DNA from: Eledone cirrhosa
Lineage: Eukaryota
Assembly: GCA_964016885.1 (NCBI GenBank)
Contig: OZ024743.1
Coordinates: 79,236,001-79,300,000, forward strand
Reading direction: 5' to 3'
Length of the DNA: 64,000 nt
Shown piece after piece: positions 9,942 through 21,986 of the stretch. Below the pieces are notes generated by a model, which was not told where the DNA came from, did not search any database, and saw only the letters and a program-made list of their open reading frames with translations. Positions within the stretch are counted from its first letter, which is position 1. Each line of letters opens with the position of its first letter. The position numbers and the translations under genes are program-made.

Positions 9942-12900
9942 ATGACCTCACTCAGAATAGGCAGCATAAATGCGCGTGGCTTGGGGTCGTCATGGAAGCA
10001 GGGTCACCTGCTCAACGACCTCAGGTCACTAAACATAGATGTAGTGGCCATCAGCGAGACCAGAATCTCCGAAGCACGGGCCTTCGCACCGATCTTCGGC
10101 GGCTACGATGTGTACGCATCTCCCAGCCGTCCTGGATCGGGTGGAGGAGTTGCTGTGCTATTTCGGAGAGGTTTGGATCTCGCCATACGGGCCATCTTCC
10201 TGGACCCAGAGGGTAAGCTGGTGGTGCTGGACGTGACCAGCGGAGACGGGAAAGCTTTCAGGCTAGTGGCCGTCTATGCCCCGACAGGAGCAGGGCGGCC
10301 TGATTTCTTCCGGCGTCTGGAGACCTTTCTTGGAACGTCCCGCTCTTTAGTGTTAGTGGGCGACTGGAACGGGATCTTAGATGCACGCTGGGACTGTGTG
10401 GGATTAGCGGATAGGGGTGGAGGGTGCAAGAGCCTCACCATCCTGCTCAGGCGTTTTGAACTGTCTGACAGGTACCGATTGGATTTCCCGAATGTGCCAA
10501 TGTGGACTTGGACAAACCGCATAGGGTCATCCAGATCATATCTAGATAGAGTATTTTGTAGGGAAATAGATAGGTCTAGCATAGGCTGTCCACAATTCAA
10601 GATAGTCAGCTACACGGACCACAAATTCGTGATCTGTGTGCTTGACTTAGATAGGCTTCATAGACGAGGACCCGGCTACTGGAAGCTAAACGCGTCCTTA
10701 CCAGCGCGCAAGGCCTACAGAGACCGGATTAGCGAACTAGTTAAGCGGGCGTTGACGGGGGCCATCGTCAACAACAAGTGGTGGTTTGCTCTGAAAAGAG
10801 CGATTAGAATAGAATCGATTAGGTTTAGTAAGGCTTTAGCAATAGAGAAAAATAGAGCAGAGGGAGAACTAGTTAGAAAATTAGACGAGGCGCTTAGCAA
10901 AGGCATTGCGACCGACGTGCTTGCGGCGAAATTGGCCCTTGACCAATTCTTCAATGCAAAGCACGAAGGCTGCGTTGTCAGAGCTAGGGTGCGTGCTCTC
11001 AGACACGAGGGGACGAAAGCCGTTCAATGGGCCCGAGTGGCGGAGGCGCGTCGTGGCAACAAAGCCACGATCCGGTCTTTGGTGGACCACGACGGGCGCA
11101 TGCTACTCGATCCCGGGCAAATGTGTGAAGCTTTTCAGCGACACTTCGCTCAGCTGTTCGGGGGCAGCGGGGGGCCGGGTAGAGGGATGGACTTTAGTGT
11201 CTACCTCGACGGACTGCCGCGGCTCTCGGCCACTGAGGCGAGGTGTTGCGAAAAGCCGATAACAGCCGCTGAAGTACGGGAGGCAATGACTGGCTGCACA
11301 AGGGGTAAATCGCCTGGTTTGGATGGTCTGCCCTATGAACTTTACGTACAGATGCCAGACTTGTTCGGAGGCCTCTTGGCGGACGTCTACTGCAACTGGC
11401 AACAGAACGGGAGAATTCCCAGTTCTGTGAGCCGAGGAGCGGTGGCACTGCTGAGAAAGGATCCGAACAAGGGGGATAACATAGACAATTTCCGGCCCAT
11501 AACTCTGCTAAACACAGAGTTTAAGATTTTGGCCAAGGTGCTAGCAAAGAGGTTGGCGCTTGTCGTTGGTGGTCTGGTGGGAGAGGCGCAGACATGCGCC
11601 ATTCCCGACAGATCCATCCACGACAACCTCCACCTCATGCGATACATCGTAGAGAGGGTAACTAGGGAACCTGGCACGGGTGGGTCCTTGATCAATTTAG
11701 ATCAGTCGAAAGCTTTCGATAGGGTCGACCATCGTTACCTAGCGGCAGTCCTGAGGGCGGCTGGCTTTGGGCCCGTCTTCAGAGGCTGGATCGCTGCCAT
11801 GCACAGCGACATCTGCTCTGTGGTGAGAGTGAACGGTCACCTGTCGGAACCGTTCAACATCATGCGCTCGGTCCGCCAAGGATGTCCCCTCTCGTCCCTC
11901 TTGTACGTATTGACTCTCGAGCCATTACTGCACAAACTGGAGACGTTGAGGGGAGTCCCGCGCGAACTAGGATGCGGAAGATCAGTGTCAGCATATGCGG
12001 ACGATGTCACCGTAGTGGTGTCGAACGTCAAACACATCGAGGCGATCGGCACTACACTAAGAGAATACGAAGCGGTGACAGGAGCAATGATCAACCAGGA
12101 AAAGTCAGTGGGCCTGCAGCTCGGCACCTGGAGAGGCAGGTCCATGCCGTCCAACAGCGTCGTCGGGCGCTGGACGGACGGACCGGTTAAATTGCTAGGG
12201 GTCTGGTTCGGTCCGGACCTCCAGACGGACAAAAACTGGGACGAGGTGACGAGCAGGGTGGCTTCTCTCACCCAGAAATGGGCGGAGAGGAAGCTATCCC
12301 TGAAAGGTCGAGCGGAGGTGGCTAACGCGTACATCGCGTCTGTCATCTGCTACCGCCTAACCGTCGTACCTTGTCCTAAGCCTCGCCTGACTGCGCTGGA
12401 GCGTTTGCTCTTTCGCTTTTTGTGGAAGGGACGTGCTCCGATGGTCAGGCGGTCCATCTGTTGTCAACACCCGCTACGTGGAGGGCTGGGCATGCTGTGG
12501 CTGATGATGCGCAGGCACGCGCTCAGGCTACGACATCTCCACCTCTTCCTCGACGGTGATCAGGTGTGGTCGCCGTTTGCTAGACGCGTTTTTCCCCAGC
12601 TCGTTTCCTTGACGGAGCTGCAGTCCTGGGTCAAGCGAAGACCGAGAGGGAGCGCCTGGAGACTGGAATGTCTTCAGGCGCTCACAGCCCTCGACCAATC
12701 GGGCAATGTGATCGGTGGAAACTCCACCTCGGCGTTCTATAGAGGATTAGTGGAGGGGAAGAGCGACGACGTACTTGGAGAAACTCTAGGCGTCGACGAA
12801 AATCAACTAGCCAATCTCTTCGGGAGAACTTTCGGGCCAGGGCCTATGGACAACTTCCAGAAATCTCTGGCCTGGCAGTGCTACCGAGGAGCCTTGCCAG

Positions 12901-13361
12901 TTCGGGATAAACTCTACAGGCATGGAGGTGCCGTCAGCCGGGCATGTCCGAGATGCGCGCAGGGCGACGAAACCGTCCTGCACGCACTCGTCCAGTGTCC
13001 GAAAATTGCTGACTTGTGGGTTTATGTCGAACACCTGCTGTCGCGTTTAGGACGGATCCAGCTATCATCTGAGTCTATCGTGAGGATTGCCCCGCCCTCC
13101 TCCTTTAGCCGGGAAGGGCAGGCAGTTTTTATCTGTCTGGTGGCCATGGCGAAAGAGATAGTATGGTGGACACGTTTGAAAGGGCTGAAGACGAGCACTT
13201 ACCTCTTCGGTGATGCTCTGATTGACTTTTTCAAATTTCATTTGAAAAGGAAAATCAGAGTAGAGAGGGAAGTGCTCTCTTCCCAGCATTTTGTTGAAAG
13301 ATGGGTGAGAGAAGCAAGAATGGCCCGAGTGAATGGGCCTACTCTGAGCATATATCTGTAA
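9942..13361 (+). CDS. Tx1-type ORF2 copy 2 (APE + RT), intact
   Basis: 1139 aa with about 9 substitutions relative to copy 1. All catalytic motifs are retained. Confidence 0.96.
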   Translation: MTSLRIGSINARGLGSSWKQGHLLNDLRSLNIDVVAISETRISEARAFAPIFGGYDVYASPSRPGSGGGVAVLFRRGLDLAIRAIFLDPEGKLVVLDVTSGDGKAFRLVAVYAPTGAGRPDFFRRLETFLGTSRSLVLVGDWNGILDARWDCVGLADRGGGCKSLTILLRRFELSDRYRLDFPNVPMWTWTNRIGSSRSYLDRVFCREIDRSSIGCPQFKIVSYTDHKFVICVLDLDRLHRRGPGYWKLNASLPARKAYRDRISELVKRALTGAIVNNKWWFALKRAIRIESIRFSKALAIEKNRAEGELVRKLDEALSKGIATDVLAAKLALDQFFNAKHEGCVVRARVRALRHEGTKAVQWARVAEARRGNKATIRSLVDHDGRMLLDPGQMCEAFQRHFAQLFGGSGGPGRGMDFSVYLDGLPRLSATEARCCEKPITAAEVREAMTGCTRGKSPGLDGLPYELYVQMPDLFGGLLADVYCNWQQNGRIPSSVSRGAVALLRKDPNKGDNIDNFRPITLLNTEFKILAKVLAKRLALVVGGLVGEAQTCAIPDRSIHDNLHLMRYIVERVTREPGTGGSLINLDQSKAFDRVDHRYLAAVLRAAGFGPVFRGWIAAMHSDICSVVRVNGHLSEPFNIMRSVRQGCPLSSLLYVLTLEPLLHKLETLRGVPRELGCGRSVSAYADDVTVVVSNVKHIEAIGTTLREYEAVTGAMINQEKSVGLQLGTWRGRSMPSNSVVGRWTDGPVKLLGVWFGPDLQTDKNWDEVTSRVASLTQKWAERKLSLKGRAEVANAYIASVICYRLTVVPCPKPRLTALERLLFRFLWKGRAPMVRRSICCQHPLRGGLGMLWLMMRRHALRLRHLHLFLDGDQVWSPFARRVFPQLVSLTELQSWVKRRPRGSAWRLECLQALTALDQSGNVIGGNSTSAFYRGLVEGKSDDVLGETLGVDENQLANLFGRTFGPGPMDNFQKSLAWQCYRGALPVRDKLYRHGGAVSRACPRCAQGDETVLHALVQCPKIADLWVYVEHLLSRLGRIQLSSESIVRIAPPSSFSREGQAVFICLVAMAKEIVWWTRLKGLKTSTYLFGDALIDFFKFHLKRKIRVEREVLSSQHFVERWVREARMARVNGPTLSIYL

Positions 13362-13622
13362 ATTAAAGGTGGAAAACTGGGAGAGGGCACTTGCCTTGGT
13401 GGTCAGGGTCATTGTGGCTTTTTACTGGGCTTTCTCCACAAATGTCCCTCCGAAGTCTCCCCCCTATTGGGTAATTTTTCATTGTTATTTTCATTGTTAT
13501 TTTTGTTACATCCTCTGTTTTTGTTTTTTTTACACGCAGAAATGCCCATTTGTACCGTCCTGCATTGTCCTGCACTGTCCTTAATGTCTACTTTATGTAA
13601 ACCCTTGTGGTTAATAAAGAAA

Positions 13623-13624
<2 letters not shown>

Positions 13625-13681
<57 letters not shown>

Positions 13682-13776
13682 GTTATTAATATATGTGTAT
13701 GTATATGTATGTGTATGTATATATGTGTGTGTATGTATGTATGTATGTGTGTATATATATATTTATATATATATAT

Positions 13777-13819
<43 letters not shown>

Positions 13820-13880
13820 AGTTCAATGGCCATACTCGATGACGAGGGGGCAGCCATCATCATGTATGTATGTATGTATG
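13625..13880 (+). mobile_element. Distal 3' UTR and terminus of the RTE copy interrupted by the Tx1 dimer
   Basis: (ATT)n-gttattaat-(GT/AT) matches 21700-21890. It is followed by caatggccatactcgatgacgagggggcagccatcat + (ATGT)n, as at 22019-22075. Confidence 0.85.
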
Positions 13881-14955
13881 TTATGCTATGTTAATTATAT
13901 GCTATATATGTGTGTGTGTATGTATATATGTATATATATATATATTTGTGTGTATGTATGTATGTATGTTATGTATGTTTATTATATGCTATATGTGTGT
14001 ATGTATGTATATATGTATGTATGTATGTTATGCTATGTTTATTATAAGCTATGTATGTGTGTATGTATATATATATGTGTATGTATGTTATGCTATGTTT
14101 ATTATATTCTATGTATGTGTGTATGTGTATATATGTATGTGTGTATGTATATATGTTATGCTATGTTTATTATAAGCTATGTATGTGTGTATGTATATAT
14201 ATGTATGTGTGTGTGTATGTTATGCTATGTTTATTATATGCTACGTATGTCTCTATGTATGTGTGTATGTATGTTATGCTATGTCTATTATATGCTATGT
14301 ATGTGTCTATGTATATATATGTATGTGTGTATGTATATAGTTATGCTATGTTTATTATAGTCTATGTATGTGTGTGTGTGTATATATGTATGTGTGTATG
14401 TATATATATGTATGTGTGTATGTATATAGTTATGCTATGTTTATTATAGGCTATGTATGTGTGTGTGTGTATATATGTATGTGTGTATGTATATATATGT
14501 ATGTATGTATGTATGTTATGCTATGTTTATTATAAGCTGTGTATGTGTGTATGTATACATATGTATGTGTGTATGTATGTATGTTATGCTATGTTTATTA
14601 TAAGCTGTGTATGTGTGTATGTATATATATGTATGTGTGTATGTATGTATGTTATGCTATGTTTATTATAGGCTATGTATGTGTGTGTGTATATATATAT
14701 GTATGTGTGTATGTATGTATGTTATGCTATGTTTATTATAAGCTATGTATGTGTCTATGTATATATATGTATGTGTGTATGTATGTATGTTATGCTATGT
14801 TTATTATAAGCTATGTATATATATGTATGTGTGTATGTATGTTATGCTATGTTTATTATAGGCTATGTATGTGTGTGTGTATATATATGTATGTGTGTAT
14901 GTATATATATGTATGTATGTATGTTATGCTATGTTTATTATAAGCTATGTATGTA
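13880..14955. repeat. Compound minisatellite, unit ~45-70 bp
   Basis: Core gttatgctatgtttattata(a/g)gctatgtatg recurs about 19 times with variable GT/AT spacers. Confidence 0.9.
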
Positions 14956-15120
14956 TGTGTGTGTGTGTTATGAGTAGTTGAGACAACCAGATGACTCATT
15001 ATTGAATTTAAGAGATAATTTAAAAAAATTAGATACATAGATATTGAGACGGTGGTATATACATATATATATATGTATACACACACATATATATATATAC
15101 AAATATATATATACATACAC

Positions 15121-15209
<89 letters not shown>

Positions 15210-15643
15210 TTGTGAGAGAGAGAGAGTATGCATAAAGGGGAGACAAATCGCGAGAAGAGAGAGAGAGAGAAAGAGAGAGAGGGAGAGAGAGAGGAGGAGA
15301 GAGTGAGAGTGAGACAGAGAGGGGGAGAGAGAGTGAGAGGTAGAGGGGTGGAGTAGTGAAAAACAAAATGCCGGTGTAGAGAAAGAACATAATGATAGAT
15401 ACAAGAAGTCATGGAGTTGAAAATAGGAGGAAAACTGTGATGTGAAGAAGGAGGAGGACAAGGATGAGGTGAGGAATGAAGGGGAGGAGGAGGAGGAGGT
15501 GGAAGCTATAAAAACTGATAATAAAATGGTATGAGGTGATTCCAGAGACTTTTTAGTGTTTCAGAGAAGACAGATGTTTAATGTCAGAGTGACATTCTCG
15601 TATTTCAATATTATGGAATATATTTAGAGAGATATCATAGTAT

Positions 15644-15826
15644 ATTTGTTTCTACTGTTGGTACAAGACCAGCAATAAACCAGTGTATTACTGGTACTTT
15701 ATTTTATCGACCCTGTAAGGATGAAAGGCAAAGTTAACCTTAGCGGGATTTGAACTCAGATCATAAAGGGTCTTAACTCAATGCTGCAAAGCATGGCGTC
15801 CGACCCTCTACCGATACTGCCAATCC
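15644..15826 (-). mobile_element. tRNA-derived SINE (family A)
   Basis: Reverse complement of the family consensus ggattggcagtatcggtagag...gagttcaaatcccgc (B box)...gcctttcatccttacggggtcgataaaataaagtaccag. Confidence 0.85.
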
Positions 15827-16174
15827 TATAATGAGTGTTGTTTTATATAAATACATAGCTAGAAATATCGACTACACTACTTCACGGCTACTTTGTTATT
15901 TCTATCCTGGGTGGAGGAATTGTAATATTGACCTTAGCGGGATTTGAACTCAGAACTAAATACCGCATAACACCCTGAAGGATCCTCCTTGTCAGAAAAT
16001 GATAATTAGTATTATTTCTAATTTCGACACAAAACCAGAAAGGTAAAGTGTTAAGTTAATCGATTATATCGATGTCTGTAATTGATTGATACTTCGATTT
16101 ATCGGGTCCAGATGGATGATAGGCAATGATGTTCTCGGTGAGATGAGAAATCAGAAAGTAAATTAGTTGTAATG

Positions 16175-16325
16175 CGCATGTCAGAAAATCCTTATTATTT
16201 AAAAAAAAAGGTTTAGGGCTCAAACATAATGACAAAGGGCTATTTGGTGTAAGTATGGGATCCCATGATGGTGATGAGATTTGTGGGTTAATAGGATCAT
16301 ATATTCTAGAATTACAAAGATGGGA
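16175..16325 (+). pseudogene. Penelope-like element RT fragment
   Basis: Manual translation HVRKSLLF...GLFGVSMGSHDGDEICGLIGSYIL resembles the PLE RT motif RKSLLF...[23 protein letters not shown]. Confidence 0.7.
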
Positions 16326-16407
16326 GGAATTTCTACCTCACACATGCTAAAGAGTATATAGATGTTGGCCGGATAATTTGATACCATATCAACCGGTGGA
16401 TTGGCCC

Positions 16408-16990
16408 AGGGCGGCGGATTGGCAGTATTGGTAGTCAGACGCCATGCTTTCCAGCATAGTTACGTCCCTTTACGGTCTGAGTTCAAATCCCGCCGAGGTT
16501 AACTTTGCCTTTTATCCTTACGGGGTCGATAAAATAAAGTACCAGTAATACACTGGGGTAATTGCTGGCCTTGTGCCAAACGTAGAAACAATTATTATGG
16601 TGGATTGGAGGGCGATGGATTGGCAGTATCGCTAGAGGGACGGATGCCATGCTTTGCAGCATAGAGTTACGGCCCTTTATTATCTGAGTTCAAATCCCGC
16701 CGCATTAACTTTGCCTTTTATCCTTACGGGGTCGATAAAATAAAGTACCAGTAACGTACTACGGTCGATTTAATCGACTTTCCCCTCCCCAAAAATTGCT
16801 GGCCTTGTGCCTATATAAGAAACCATTATTATGGTGGATTGGCAGTAATTGGTAGAGCGTCAGACAACATGCTTTGTAGCATAGAGTCAAGCTAGCTTTC
16901 CCATCCATCCTTACAGGGTTGATAAAATAAAGCACCAGTAATGCACTGGGTTAATTGTTGGTCTTCTGCCTAAATCAGGAACAGTTATTT
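16408..16990 (+). mobile_element. Three tandem family A SINEs (~16408-16597, 16609-16831, 16833-16990)
   Basis: Each starts (gg)cgg/tggattggcagta and carries the catccttac...gataaaataaag core. The third lacks the B-box segment. Confidence 0.85.
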
Positions 16991-17244
16991 TGATAAACTT
17001 AAGAAAGAACCTGTTATTGTATTTAAATTAAGAAATACAAATAATGGTTTCTGATTTAAGCACAAGACTAGCAATTTTTTTCGGAAGGGGGGGGGGGGGG
17101 GGTCGATCGACACCAGTACATTACTGGTATTTTAAGAATTACAAACAGTACCAATATTAATGTAGTTCGTGAGTATTGCGTTAGACTCGAACATAGGAAG
17201 AATTGGACTGATAGACAGCTAAATGAAACACACACACACACACA

Positions 17245-17299
<55 letters not shown>

Positions 17300-17604
17300 G
17301 TATGTAAGTATGTATGTTCATATGTTGACTCCGTGGAGAGCCATAACTCTATGCTGTAAAGCAATTATAGTAATACTGGACTGTAATACCATCGGCTTCA
17401 ACTATACAAACTCTTGAAAGTCAACAGTTGACATAATCTGGTAATCTTGTATCAGTAATGACGGCAATATATATATATATATGTGTGTGTGTGCGTGTAA
17501 GTGAATAGAGTAGCGTGTGTGTGTGTTTGTTGTATGTATGAGTGTTGCTGTGTGCACGCATATGTATGCGTGTGTGTGTATGTCGTACGTATAAGTGTCA
17601 ATAA

Positions 17605-17638
<34 letters not shown>

Positions 17639-17639
17639 G

Positions 17640-17937
17640 CGGGGACAGAAATAATCGGGCTGGATGCCCGATCGCGCAGTTAAACCACTGGGAGTGAAGA
17701 ACCCCTAGCCCATGTCAGGGTATTCTTCTAGGAGAAGGCATCTCAGGAAACTGGGTTAACTCCGATATAAAACCTGCGGCTCAGTAGTTACCGATGATGT
17801 TGATCTTTTCTTCTTTTCGGGTTATAGCTACTGTCGCTCAGAGAGTGGGATTGGTTCAGTGCACAGTCTTTCCTCACTTTAAAAATATTCGTCACGCACA
17901 GGCATTGCACGAGTGCATTAATAATTATTAATAGTGT

Positions 17938-17981
<44 letters not shown>

Positions 17982-17986
17982 TATTA

Positions 17987-18018
<32 letters not shown>

Positions 18019-21000
18019 CCCAATTCAATGATGTTCCAGAACAATGTAAACGAGATAATTGCCAATTTGGGTTCTGGAACAAAAAGGATCATTGGCAATA
18101 AGGGCAGGGGCCCCAAGTTATCACAACCTGGGCCCGCCCGTCATCGTGCCATTGTAATAGAGCCAAACAGGGCATTTAGTCTTGGCTGCTGGAACGTACG
18201 GACGCTGCTTGACAGGGATTCTTTGGAGCGTCCTGAACGAAGGACCGCTCTTGTTGCAAAGGAGCTTCGACGTTACGATCTTGACATCGTGGCTTTGTCT
18301 GAGACGAGGTTAGCTGGAGATGGTCATCTTACGGAATTTTGTGGAGAATATACATTCTTCTGGAAAGGAAGAGATGAAGGAACCAGAAGAGAGGCTGGGG
18401 TAGGATTTGCTGTTAAGACTGTACTGGTGAATAAATTAGAAGAATTCCCAGTGGGGATTAGTGAGCGTCTTATGTCCATGAGAGTTCCGCTGGACAAGGG
18501 AAGATATGCTACCCTGGTGAGTGTGTATGCTCCAACTATGAATTCTGTCGATGAAGAAAAACTGTCCTTTTACCATGCCTTGAAAGGTGTTTTAAGAAAT
18601 ATCCCTCAGGCAGACAAAGTCATCGTGCTTGGTGACTTTAATGCTAGAGTGGGTAGGGATTTTAACACATGGAATGTAAATAGAAGGCATGGGGTGGGAA
18701 AGTGTAACAGCAATGGTATGCTCTTGCTGCAGATGTGTGAGGAGCTGGATCTGTGTGTTACCAACACCATGTTCCAACAAAAGAACAAATTCAAGACCAC
18801 ATGGATGCATCCTGCATCTAAGGAATGGCATCTTTTGGACTACGTCCTAGTCAGGATGCGTGACAGACAGGATGTGCGGTGTGTTCGTGTTCTTCGTGGA
18901 GCTGAGTGCTGGACGGACCACCGCCTGGTACGCGCAAAAGTGAATCTAATCACCAAACGTAAAATCCGGGCTCCTGGTGTTACCCTGCCCAAAAGATTGA
19001 ATGCTGCTCGTCTTAAGGATAAAAATGTGAAGAGGACATTGGAAGAAGAGATGCAGGCTGCAGATCTTGGTGAGGATTGGCCGACCCTTAAAAAGTCGGT
19101 TTATGATGTAGGCAGACGTGTTCTGGGATTGGTGCAGAGAAAACATCAGGACTGGTTTAATGTGAAAGATGTGCATATAGATGACTTGTTGGCTGATAAG
19201 AGGCGCGCTCTGTCACGCTACTTGACGGCAAGACCACAGGAGAGGAATACGTTGCATGAGGAGCTCAGGGATGTAAAATCACGTGTTAGGCGGAGTCTTT
19301 CTCAGATGAAGGATCAGTGGTGGAGTGAGAAGGCTGGTGAGATACAAACTGCGTCTGATTGCAATAACACAAAGCTGTTGTACAGTCTCTTGCGTGAGGT
19401 TTATGGACCGTCTTCTTCTCTGGTGACACCGATTCGCAGCAAGGATGGCAAAGAACTTCTTCGTGACTCACAGGGAATTCTACGAAGGTGGCGAGAGCAC
19501 TTTGATAATCTTTTGAATCAGCCGTCTGTCGTCAGTGAAGATTTCCTCAATCTCATTCCGGAAAGTCCTGTGAAAGTAGCTCTCGCAGAACCTCCGACAC
19601 TTGTGGAGGTTGCAGTGGCTATTTCGAAGCTGAACAGTGGAAGATCTCCAGGTATGGATGGCATACATGCTGAGCTCCTACAATATGGTGGTGAGAGACT
19701 CCTGCAACATCTTCACTCTCTGTTTGGAGGGATATGGGCTAATGAATCCGTGCCTGAGGACTGGAGAGATGCAGTAATGGTGGTCTTGTACAAGGGAAAG
19801 GGTAACAGGAATGATTGTGGGAACTACAGAGGTATATCATTGCTTTCTGTCGTGGGGAAAGTTTTATGTAGGGTGCTTCTGGACCGTCTGCTGACACACA
19901 TTGCAGATTGTGTCCTTCCTGAAAGTCAATCTGGTTTTCGTGTTGGACGCGGCACTACTGATATGATCTTCTCAGCTAGACAGCTCCAGGAGAAGTGCAT
20001 TGAACAGGGCTTGGATCTGTATCAGGTTTTTGTCGATCTGACAAAGGCTTTCGATACTGTCAACAGAGATGCATTATGGAAGGTTCTCCAGAAACTTGGT
20101 TGCCCTGATAAGTTCCTTGCTTTAGTTAGGTCTTTCCATGACGACATGAAGGCTTGGATTAATGTCGGAGGTAACATGTCGGAGCCTATCTCAGTAAAAA
20201 ATGGAGTGAAACAGGGGGATATTCCAGCACCGACCCTGTTTGCCATATACTTTGCAATGGTTTTCTGTGTTGCATTCAGGAATTGCGAGCATGGTGTTTA
20301 CATCCGATATCGAACCTCAGGCAGCATATTTAACATCAGGCGCTTTGCTGCGAAGACAAAAGTATTTACATCAGTCATAAGAGACCTCTTGTATGCAGAT
20401 GATTGCGATCTTGTAGCGCACACAGAGAGTGATATGCAGCACATTTTGAATGTATTTTCTGACGCTTGCACTGCCCTGGGTTTGACTGTCAGTCTCAAGA
20501 AAACCGTCGTCATGTACCAACCTGCACCTGGTAGGCAGTACACTGAACCAAACATCTATGTGTATGGCAAACGACTTGGAGTGGTTGATCAGTTTGTCTA
20601 CCTGGGAAGCACTGTCAATCGATACGGCAACCTTGACGGTGAAATCTCACTTAGGATTAGGAAAGCAAGTGATGCTTTCGGAAAGCTAGAAAGGCGACTC
20701 TGGGGTCGGCGAGACATATGCAGGAGGACAAAGGTAAGGGTGTACAGGGCATGTGTACTCTCTTGTCTTCTTTATGCCTGCGAGACCTGGGTCACATATC
20801 GACGCCACCTTAAGCAATTGGAGCGTTTCCATCAGATGTGTCTCAGACGGATACATGGCGTTCGCTGGAGGGACCACATCAGTGATGTCGAGATTTTGGA
20901 AAGCTCTATGTGTGACAGTATAGAAGCTCTTGTGCTTAGGCAGCGACTCCGTTGGAGTGGTCACCTTGCCAGGATGAAGGATTCTAGAATACCAAAACAA

Positions 21001-21581
21001 CTCTTCTATGGAGAGTTGGTTAAAGGAAAACGACCGCCACATAAACCAAAAAAGAGGTATAAGGATTCCTTGAAAGCCTCTCTGAAAGACGCTAACATCT
21101 CTGCTGATACATGGGAAAATATTGCTGCTGATCGTAATAAATGGAGAAAGACTGTATATGAGGGAAAAGTTGCCTTTGAGGCATCTCGAATCGCACACGA
21201 GAAAGTAAAGCGGGACGTGAGGAAGGGTATTGCTGTTGCACTTCCAGACGGCGAGGGTCCTCCTATGTTTCTGACATGCAGCGTCTGTGCGAGACTCTGC
21301 CTAAGCAAAGCTGGACTCGAAAGTCATCTTCGCAGTCATAAAGTAAGACCAGTGGTTGACTACCAGGCTGCTGTTGGAGATGCTACTCATCATGCTTGCC
21401 AAACATGTGGTAGAGAATGTAAATCAGCAGGAGGACTCAAGCGACATGCAAAAGTACACGAACTCCAACCACAGCCGACTATTCCCAGTAAATGTTTTGG
21501 TTGCCGACTCTGTGCAAGACATTTTAGATCATTGGCTGGGCTAAAAAGCCACATTCGATCGCAGCACTGTTAGTTGCTATC

Positions 21582-21619
<38 letters not shown>

Positions 21620-21698
21620 GCTTATGTGCGTGCGTGTGTGTGTATATATATATGAATATGTATATTATTATTGTTGTTGTCGTTATTATTATTATTGC

Positions 21699-21735
<37 letters not shown>

Positions 21736-21857
21736 GTTATTAATGTATGTGTGTATATATGTGTGAGTGTATGTGTATGTATGTGTGTGTGTATATATGT
21801 ATGTATGTGTATGTATGTGTGTGTGTATATATATGTGTATATATATATATATGTATA

Positions 21858-21890
<33 letters not shown>

Positions 21891-21895
21891 CTTTT

Positions 21896-21986
<91 letters not shown>

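Larger units (their letters stand above)
7598..13624 (+). mobile_element. Tx1/L1-clade non-LTR retrotransposon, copy 2, full length
   Basis: Near-identical tandem copy of 1520-7546 with the same termini. Confidence 0.93.

Noticed and set aside
13467-15461. [12 protein letters not shown]-type ORFs here and throughout the window
   Set aside because: Microsatellite translations.
16408-16500. tRNA genes
   Set aside because: A/B-box-like heads continue into SINE bodies and form no cloverleaf.
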